Below, piece by piece: positions 57,526 through 64,000 of a DNA stretch of 64,000 bases. Numbering within the stretch: the first letter of the stretch is position 1; each line of letters starts with the position of its first letter. The translations under genes and the position numbers were made by a program. The DNA comes from a bacterium (GTDB lineage: Bacteria > Zhuqueibacterota > QNDG01 > JABMRT01): NCBI GenBank assembly GCA_011046415.1, contig DSAP01000090.1, forward strand, positions 4,590 through 68,589. Direction: 5' to 3'. The notes beneath the pieces were generated by a model that saw only the letters and a program-made list of their open reading frames with translations, searched no databases and was not told the DNA's origin.

Positions 57526-58925
57526 AATCCGCGGAATCCAAACTGATACCGGCATCCCGAACGGGTGACGGGATTTTTGACCGCGTACCGCCCCAGGCGC
57601 TCGAGGCCGAACGGGCCGTACTGGGTTCCATTATGCTCGACAACGATTGCGTGGGCAAAGTGGTCGAAATGTTGTCGCCGGAATGTTTTTACCGGACGGC
57701 ACATCAACATATTTTCCAGGCTGCTATTCATCTTTTCGAAAAAAACGAACCGGTTGATCTGATCACCCTGAGCAATGAGCTTAAACGGATTCAGGTTCTG
57801 GATGAGATCGGCGGCGCCTATTATCTGACCGAGTTGTCCGAATCCGTACCCTCTGCGGCCAATGTCGAATATCATGCCCGGATCATCTTTGCCAAATATC
57901 TGCTTCGCAGGTTGATCGTCGAATCGGCGCAGATCGCCCAAGCCTGTTATGAACCGGTCGAGGATGTTTTTAACCTGCTCGATCGTGCAGAGCAGAGTAT
58001 TTTCGGCCTCGCAGAGAACCAAATGCGCAGCACGTTTCAGCATATCAATCCCCTCATGCACGGTGCCATGGAGAAAATCGCCGGTTATCATGAGCGCAAG
58101 AGTCTGATCACGGGCGTCACCACCGGATTCACAAAACTCGACGAACTGACCTCCGGATTTCAGAACGGTGAACTTATCATCGTCGCCGGTCGTCCCTCAA
58201 TGGGCAAGACCGCGTTTTGTCTGAATATGGCCCGGAACGCCGCGGTTCTCGGCAAGACGCCGGTCGGCATCTTCAGCCTCGAAATGGCGCGTGATCAGCT
58301 GGCCCTGCGACTGCTTTGCGCCGAGGCCCGCGTGGATGCCCATGCCGTCAGGACGGGGACGCTTTCCGACCACGACTGGCCGAAACTCAGTACCTGTGTG
58401 GGTACATTGGCCGAGTCTCCCATCTATATCGACGACACGCCCGGGATGGGCGTGCTCGAAATGCGGGCCAAGGCCAGGCGCCTCAAAAAAGAAAAAGACC
58501 TCGGCATGCTGATCATCGATTATCTTCAGCTCATGCAGGGTCCGAGAGGCGCCGAAAGCCGTCAACAGGAAATTTCGACGATTTCGCGTTCTCTCAAGGC
58601 GCTTGCCAAAGAACTGGCTGTTCCCGTGGTCGCCCTCTCTCAGCTCTCGCGCGCCGTTGAAGTGCGCGGCGGAGACAAGCGGCCTATGCTCTCTGATCTG
58701 CGGGAATCCGGCGCAATCGAACAGGATGCAGACGTGGTGCTCTTTATTTACCGGCCTGAATTTTACGGCATCACGAAAGATGATGACGGCCATACGGTAG
58801 AAGGCCGTGCCGAAGTGATCATCGGGAAACAACGGAACGGACCGGTTGGAACCGTCCATCTGAGTTTCGTGAAGCAATGGGCAAAATTTGAGAATTATGC
58901 GGCCGAAGAAGCCGCTCCTTTCTGA
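57522..58925 (+). CDS. dnaB: replicative DNA helicase
   Basis: N-terminal EAERAVLGSIML; Walker A GRPSMGKTAF, Walker B MLIIDYLQLM, SQLSR arginine finger; ATGA overlap with the UDG gene. Confidence 0.9.
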   Translation: MKSAESKLIPASRTGDGIFDRVPPQALEAERAVLGSIMLDNDCVGKVVEMLSPECFYRTAHQHIFQAAIHLFEKNEPVDLITLSNELKRIQVLDEIGGAYYLTELSESVPSAANVEYHARIIFAKYLLRRLIVESAQIAQACYEPVEDVFNLLDRAEQSIFGLAENQMRSTFQHINPLMHGAMEKIAGYHERKSLITGVTTGFTKLDELTSGFQNGELIIVAGRPSMGKTAFCLNMARNAAVLGKTPVGIFSLEMARDQLALRLLCAEARVDAHAVRTGTLSDHDWPKLSTCVGTLAESPIYIDDTPGMGVLEMRAKARRLKKEKDLGMLIIDYLQLMQGPRGAESRQQEISTISRSLKALAKELAVPVVALSQLSRAVEVRGGDKRPMLSDLRESGAIEQDADVVLFIYRPEFYGITKDDDGHTVEGRAEVIIGKQRNGPVGTVHLSFVKQWAKFENYAAEEAAPF

Positions 58926-58927
58926 CC

Positions 58928-61201
58928 ATGGAATCCGTCGTTAAAAAACAAAACAGAGAGATGCATCCTGTGCTCAAAAAACAACGGGATACGCTTCACG
59001 TCGTTCCGCTCGCACGGGTCCCCGAGGTACGCCGACATTATCGTCAGGTTTTTTACCGAATCCTGAAAAATGTCAAATCCTATGTCAAGAATCCGGATAT
59101 CGACATGCTCAAACGGGCTTATAATTTCGCATATGGAGCCCATGAGAATCAGCTTCGCCGATCGGGCGTGCCATATATCGAACACTGCCTTGAGACCGTG
59201 AAGATACTTACCGAACTCAAAATGGATATGGTTACCCTGACGGCCGCCATGATCCATGACGCGGTCGAGGATACCGGGATTTCCATCGAGCAGGTGCGTG
59301 AGGAATTCGGCGACGTGGTCGCCCAACTCGTGGACGGCGTCACCAAAATCAGCGAACTGAAATACAACAGCCATATCGAACAGCAGGCGGACAATTTCAG
59401 GAAGATGATTTTCTCGATGTCCAGAGACCTGCGCGTGATCATGATCAAACTGGCCGACCGTCTCCACAACATGCGCACCATCGAATACCTGCCTTCCAGG
59501 AACGCCCGGCGGATCGCGCTCGAGACCCGTGATATTTATGCCTCATTGGCCCATCGTTTCGGGATCGCCCGGACGAAATGGGAACTGGAAGATCTTTCGC
59601 TAAAGACACTCGATCCCAAAGCGTTTTACGACATCGCCCGCAAGATTACAGATCGCAGGGAAGAACGGGAAGCGTATATTGAAAAAATGGCCATGCCCAT
59701 CCGAAATGAGTTATCCAGACACGATATCGTTTGTCAGATCACGGGACGTCCCAAATCGATCTATTCGGTTTACCGGAAGATACAAAAAAGGAACAAACCC
59801 TTCGAGGAAATTTATGATCTCCTGGCGATTCGTGTGGTCGTGAGCAAGGTGGACGAATGTTATTTTACACTCGGTGTCGTTCACACACTATTCACTCCCG
59901 TACATGACCGGTTCAAGGATTATATCGCCACCCCCAAACTCAACATGTATCAATCGCTCCATACCACGGTGATCGGCCCCGAAGGGCGAATGGTCGAAAT
60001 TCAGATACGCACCGAAGAGATGCACCGGGTGTCGGAGATCGGGATCGCGGCCCATTGGAAGTACAAGGAGGGCAAGCAATCGGACGACGAACTCGACCGG
60101 TACAGCGCCTGGCTTCGGGAGATGATCGATTTTCAGAAGGATACCGTCGATGCGGAAGAGTATATGGAAATACTCAGGACGGACCTCTTCCGGGCCGAAA
60201 TATTTGTCTTTACGCCGAAAGGCGATTTACTGAAACTGCCGACCGGATCGACGCCGGTGGATTTTGCCTTTTCCGTGCATACGGATGTCGGTTTTCACTG
60301 CATCGGGGCCAAGGTCAACGGCCGCATTGTCCCCCTCGCCACGGAACTGAAGAATGGTGATGCTGTCGAAATTATCACATCTTCCAATCAGCGTCCGCAT
60401 CAGGATTGGCTGAATTTTGTCAAGACCGCAAGGGCGAAGACCCGCATCCGGAAATGGCTTAAAGATGCACAGCAGCGCGAGGCGATCAAACTGGGGGAAG
60501 AAATCCTTGCGAAGAGCCTGAAACGTTATCGGATCCGGTCCACACAGAAAGAAATCCGCGATGCGGCTTCTCAGCTGGGCAGGGACAACCTCGAACAGCT
60601 GTATACCGATCTGGGACAGGGAAATATTTCCATCCAGAAGGTGATCGAGACGATCAGTCCCGAGAAGACGGACGAAGCAGTTTCCGTCCCAAAAGAGGAC
60701 ATATTCGACCGGTATATCACGCGGGCGAGGGGGTCGGCTAAAGGGGTGCGGGTTCAGGGAATGGATCAATTCCTGATCCGGTTTGCCAGATGCTGTCACC
60801 CGGTTCCCGGCGATTCCATTTCCGGTTTCATATCGAGAGGCCGCGGAATCGTCGTTCACAGAAAAGACTGTGCCAATGCCTTGAGACTGATGGAAATTCC
60901 CGAACGGGTCATCGAGGTTTCCTGGGATGTCGACAGCAAGAGCTCGTTCATCGTTCAGCTTCGTATCATCGCATCCGTGCGGAATGATTTCCTCAAAGAT
61001 GTAGCCGAATCTCTTTCCCAGCTCGAAAGCAACATCGTCAAAATCGACATGAAGACTGAAAACTCTTTGATCACTGTTTTCCTGATTCTCGAAGTCAAGG
61101 ATTTATCCCATCTCAATAAAATCACAAGAAGGCTTCATCGCCTGAAAGGTATTGTCTCGGTAACGCGTGACAGCGGATCGGGGAGTGAGAAAGAAGTGTA
61201 A
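58928..61201 (+). CDS. rel: bifunctional (p)ppGpp synthetase/hydrolase (RelA/SpoT homologue)
   Basis: HD hydrolase domain (HDAVEDT), synthetase domain (TGRPKSIYSVYRKI, LAIRVVV), TGS and ACT domains; 757 aa. Confidence 0.9.
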   Translation: MESVVKKQNREMHPVLKKQRDTLHVVPLARVPEVRRHYRQVFYRILKNVKSYVKNPDIDMLKRAYNFAYGAHENQLRRSGVPYIEHCLETVKILTELKMDMVTLTAAMIHDAVEDTGISIEQVREEFGDVVAQLVDGVTKISELKYNSHIEQQADNFRKMIFSMSRDLRVIMIKLADRLHNMRTIEYLPSRNARRIALETRDIYASLAHRFGIARTKWELEDLSLKTLDPKAFYDIARKITDRREEREAYIEKMAMPIRNELSRHDIVCQITGRPKSIYSVYRKIQKRNKPFEEIYDLLAIRVVVSKVDECYFTLGVVHTLFTPVHDRFKDYIATPKLNMYQSLHTTVIGPEGRMVEIQIRTEEMHRVSEIGIAAHWKYKEGKQSDDELDRYSAWLREMIDFQKDTVDAEEYMEILRTDLFRAEIFVFTPKGDLLKLPTGSTPVDFAFSVHTDVGFHCIGAKVNGRIVPLATELKNGDAVEIITSSNQRPHQDWLNFVKTARAKTRIRKWLKDAQQREAIKLGEEILAKSLKRYRIRSTQKEIRDAASQLGRDNLEQLYTDLGQGNISIQKVIETISPEKTDEAVSVPKEDIFDRYITRARGSAKGVRVQGMDQFLIRFARCCHPVPGDSISGFISRGRGIVVHRKDCANALRLMEIPERVIEVSWDVDSKSSFIVQLRIIASVRNDFLKDVAESLSQLESNIVKIDMKTENSLITVFLILEVKDLSHLNKITRRLHRLKGIVSVTRDSGSGSEKEV

Positions 61202-61235
61202 CTGTCCTGTCCCTTTTTTAAAGGAGGAATGATCA

Positions 61236-61553
61236 ATGAATGACATGCTCACGGTAACCAAGAAAGATGTCGCGAAGCGGACGGCGAAACTGGTCGGTGA
61301 ACGAATCTATACCACGGAGAAAATCGTGGACGGCGTTTTTACGGCGCTGCGTGAGTTCATGACGGACGCCGATCCCGAGGTGCGGATCGAAATCCGTGAT
61401 TTCGGCGTCTTCGAGGTGAAAAAGACCAAACCCAAACCCAAGGCAAGGAATCCCAAGACGGGGGAAATCATTTATGTCCCGGCCCGCAGGAAGACCCATT
61501 TCAAGGCCGGGAAGATTTTGAAAGAAGTGTTGAAACAACCCATCAATAAGTAA
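61236..61553 (+). CDS. hup: HU/IHF-family nucleoid-associated DNA-binding protein
   Basis: AAAGGAGG ribosome-binding site; RDFGVFEVKK...RNPKTGE arm motif. Confidence 0.85.
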   Translation: MNDMLTVTKKDVAKRTAKLVGERIYTTEKIVDGVFTALREFMTDADPEVRIEIRDFGVFEVKKTKPKPKARNPKTGEIIYVPARRKTHFKAGKILKEVLKQPINK

Positions 61554-61997
61554 GTGGGACGCGTACTCGGTTTAGATTACGGAAGACGGCGTGTCGGGGT
61601 TTCCGTGAGCGATCTTTTGGGCATCACGGCCCAGCCTTTGACGACATGGACGGGCTTGGGAGATACGAAACTGATACAGAGAATCGCGGCCACGATTTCT
61701 GAAATGGGCATCGATTCTGTGGTCATCGGAGATCCGTTGACGACGCGGGGAGAAAGAGGCATCATGTCGGAAAGAGTCCGCCGATTTGTCGGCAGATTGT
61801 CCAAAACCGTTCGTGTCCCTGTTTATCTCCAGGATGAACGGTTTACCTCGGTCGAGGCCAAACGCGTTCTCCGGGACCAGGGACGAAAGACCGGCTCGAA
61901 CAAGGATGTCGTCGACCGCATCTCCGCGGTCCTGATCCTTCAGGCCTACCTGGACCGGCAATCCGCGATCCGGCGGCAAGTTGAGGATGAAGAGTGA
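61554..61997 (+). CDS. ruvX: Holliday-junction resolvase-like RuvX/YqgF (pre-16S rRNA nuclease)
   Basis: RVLGLDYGRRRVGVSVSD N-terminal catalytic motif; GTG start; 147 aa. Confidence 0.85.
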   Translation: MGRVLGLDYGRRRVGVSVSDLLGITAQPLTTWTGLGDTKLIQRIAATISEMGIDSVVIGDPLTTRGERGIMSERVRRFVGRLSKTVRVPVYLQDERFTSVEAKRVLRDQGRKTGSNKDVVDRISAVLILQAYLDRQSAIRRQVEDEE

Positions 61998-63511
61998 ACA
62001 AGAATGATCGGATGAAATTGTTGATATCCGCCGTCGGGCTGATCCTGGCGTTTCCCCCTTTTCCGTTCGGTCCCCTCGCGACGATCGTCCTCATACCATT
62101 TTTCTTTTTCCTGAAAGGCACTACATTCCGGCAGGCTGTGACCGGAAGTTATTTTCTGGGACTCGTCTGGGCCGCGGGCACGATCTACTGGATCGGATGG
62201 GCGACGCTTCCCGGGGTGATCGGCGCCGTCATTGTTTTTGCGCTGTATCCCGCCCTTTTCGGAGGCATCCTTAACCGCCTGTTTCATCTATGGGGTGAAC
62301 GGGCCGTCTGGACCGCTCCCTTTCTATGGACCGGCGTGGAAATTATCGCAGGCTCCGGTGTCCTGGGATTTCCCTGGAATTCTCTTTCCCATACGATGAT
62401 TCAGATTCCACAGTCCATTCAATTCGCCTCCGTCACAGGGATGTACGGTGTGACTTTCTGGCTTGTCCTGCTGAATGTATTTATTTTCAAATTATTCAGG
62501 CACATCCCGGATATCAGACGCGCATGCCGATTCATGACGATTACCGTGATCCTGATCCTTTTTCCCGTGATTCACGGATCCATTTTTTCGGCCGTTTCCA
62601 TGCCCGGGACCCCTCAAATCCGCGTTTCCCTGATCCAGGGCAATATCGATCCCTATATCCGGTGGACGCCTCAATTTGTGGATTCCAATTTCGTGATCTA
62701 TCGGCGTCTGACCCGCAAGGCGGGAGAATCCTCCCCGGATCTTATCGTTTGGCCGGAATCGGCCGCGCCCTGTTACGTCCGAAGCCGGAATCATTGTGCG
62801 GCGCCGATCCATTACCTGGCCGACAGCCTGCACATACCCCTGCTGACAGGCGCACCGGACTATGAATGGACGGATGCGAATCACGTGAAGACCTATAATG
62901 CCGCGTTTCTTTTCACTCCCGGCATGCGCCGGCTGGACCGTTATCACAAACGGCGTCTCGTTCCGTTTTCGGAACGGGTACCTTTCGTGAGCAGGCTTCC
63001 CTTCCTCTACGAGTTCTCCCGGCGATTCACGCTGGATATCGGAGATTTTTCGCCAGGCGATTCCGCGGTTGTTTTCAGGCTCCCGCCGGATTCTACGGGT
63101 TCGCGTACGCCTTTTTCCGTGTTAATCTGTTATGATTCCGTCTTTCCGGAGAATGTCCGGCAATTTGTCGAGGCCGGCGCGCGATTTTTGGTCATCATCA
63201 CCAATGACGGCTGGTTCGGCCATACCTCGGGTCCCTATCAGCACGCGGCGATCGCCCGGCTCCGCGCGATCGAGAACCGGATCTGGATCGCCCGCAGCGC
63301 CAATACCGGGATCTCGGAGATTATCGATCCGTTCGGCCGGGTTTTGTCCCGAACCCGGCTCAATGAGGCCACCGTCCTGACGGGTCACGTGGGACTGCTT
63401 CAGGAGAGGACGCTGTTCACACGGTTCGGCCAATGGATTCCTGTCCTGGTCCTGACGGGATGCGGTCTGATCCTGTGCCTGGGGGCCATCACGAAACTCG
63501 GCAAGCGGTGA
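61994..63511 (+). CDS. lnt: apolipoprotein N-acyltransferase
   Basis: N-terminal polytopic membrane region plus C-terminal CN-hydrolase domain (catalytic Cys in VLICYDSVFPE, ITNDGWFG); GTGA overlap with ruvX. Confidence 0.85.
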   Translation: MNKNDRMKLLISAVGLILAFPPFPFGPLATIVLIPFFFFLKGTTFRQAVTGSYFLGLVWAAGTIYWIGWATLPGVIGAVIVFALYPALFGGILNRLFHLWGERAVWTAPFLWTGVEIIAGSGVLGFPWNSLSHTMIQIPQSIQFASVTGMYGVTFWLVLLNVFIFKLFRHIPDIRRACRFMTITVILILFPVIHGSIFSAVSMPGTPQIRVSLIQGNIDPYIRWTPQFVDSNFVIYRRLTRKAGESSPDLIVWPESAAPCYVRSRNHCAAPIHYLADSLHIPLLTGAPDYEWTDANHVKTYNAAFLFTPGMRRLDRYHKRRLVPFSERVPFVSRLPFLYEFSRRFTLDIGDFSPGDSAVVFRLPPDSTGSRTPFSVLICYDSVFPENVRQFVEAGARFLVIITNDGWFGHTSGPYQHAAIARLRAIENRIWIARSANTGISEIIDPFGRVLSRTRLNEATVLTGHVGLLQERTLFTRFGQWIPVLVLTGCGLILCLGAITKLGKR

Positions 63512-63585
63512 ATCGCAAACGGCCCATGTCGGCACGAAGACCGGGAGTAACAGGCTTATGTCGGATGCATGAAGGAGAAAAATTA

Positions 63586-63843
63586 ATGGCCGTTCCAGAT
63601 TATCAGAGCTTGATGTTGCCGCTTTTTAAAGTTGCGGAAAGAAATGGCACTGAAATTTCAACAAGCGAGGCCGTTGAAGCTCTTGCAAAGGAATTGGGCC
63701 TTACCGAAGATGATTTAAAAGAGATGCTCCCAAGCGGCATACAGTCAACTTTTATTGATCGAGTTTGTTGGGCTTCTACTTACATGAAAAAGGCTGGGCT
63801 ACTCGAAGCAACACGCAGAGGATTCTACCAAAATCAAATATGA
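63586..63843 (+). CDS. Mrr_N-like winged-helix domain protein (restriction-endonuclease N-domain only)
   Basis: MAVPDYQSLMLPLFKVAERNGTEISTSEAVEALAKELGLTEDDLKEMLPSG matches the Mrr N-terminal domain; only 85 aa; canonical AAGGAG ribosome-binding site; locally low GC. Confidence 0.5.
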   Translation: MAVPDYQSLMLPLFKVAERNGTEISTSEAVEALAKELGLTEDDLKEMLPSGIQSTFIDRVCWASTYMKKAGLLEATRRGFYQNQI

Positions 63844-64000
63844 CCGGCCTCTATTGCCAGCCGGTTTTGCGGAACGATATGAGGCCGGAATTATTCCGTA
63901 CCGATCAGACCAGAAAGCAGGATGTAGCCCGACGTGATACTTTTTCAATTGATAAAACAGGCGGGTTTTCTCATTTTATTGAAGACCGGAATTATCCTGC

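Noticed and set aside
1-64000. CRISPR arrays, rRNA genes, transposases/integrases
   Set aside because: No regularly spaced direct repeats of 25-40 bp, no rRNA-like conserved blocks, and no DDE or tyrosine-recombinase motifs in any frame.

Overview
High-GC (about 57-60%) bacterial chromosomal segment with dense coding on both strands. I support 57 protein-coding or pseudogene calls and no rRNA, tRNA or CRISPR. A type-IX-secretion C-terminal sorting domain on one cargo protein, a PorQ/PorV-like outer-membrane protein and a gldA-gldF-gldG-DUF4340 operon together suggest an uncultured FCB-superphylum lineage. Contents in order: (1) a TonB-dependent receptor, a solitary ECF-transporter S component and a SAM methyltransferase; (2) a polyamine cluster of pyruvoyl arginine decarboxylase, a deoxyhypusine-synthase-like gene and agmatinase; (3) an ECF sigma / mini anti-sigma / TonB trio in which the sigma gene carries an in-frame TAG; (4) a sugar-phosphate isomerase followed by an array of palindromic repeats; (5) two surface lipoproteins and an RND efflux operon (membrane-fusion protein, RND pump, TolC); (6) three tandem Hsp20 genes behind a near-consensus sigma-54 promoter; (7) a GH3 glycosidase, glnS, a DUF362 protein with a T9SS C-terminal domain, and a CE15-like esterase; (8) the gldAFG operon; (9) an outer-membrane beta-barrel gene, a DUF374 acyltransferase-like gene, a SpoU methyltransferase, a frameshifted RhuM remnant, a lipoprotein-type Pcm and a double-PspC module; (10) the most unusual part, a sigma-54-centred signalling island at 41.5-52.6 kb: two complete hybrid histidine kinases, an embedded leuA/cimA, a kinase-like protein with a degenerate ATP-binding domain, an NtrC-family enhancer-binding response regulator, a CheY-like receiver and a REC-PAS-HisKA protein with no catalytic domain, with predicted -24/-12 promoters inside the island and at the hsp20 operon; (11) a housekeeping block (yicC, gmk, rpoZ, coaBC, family-4 UDG, dnaB, relA/spoT, hup, ruvX, lnt) ending in a low-GC Mrr N-domain-only ORF that has a canonical Shine-Dalgarno sequence. 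TAG is used as a normal stop elsewhere, so the in-frame TAG in the sigma factor is a true nonsense codon, not recoding. All calls rest on reading the six-frame translations and motifs by eye; nothing was searched against a database.
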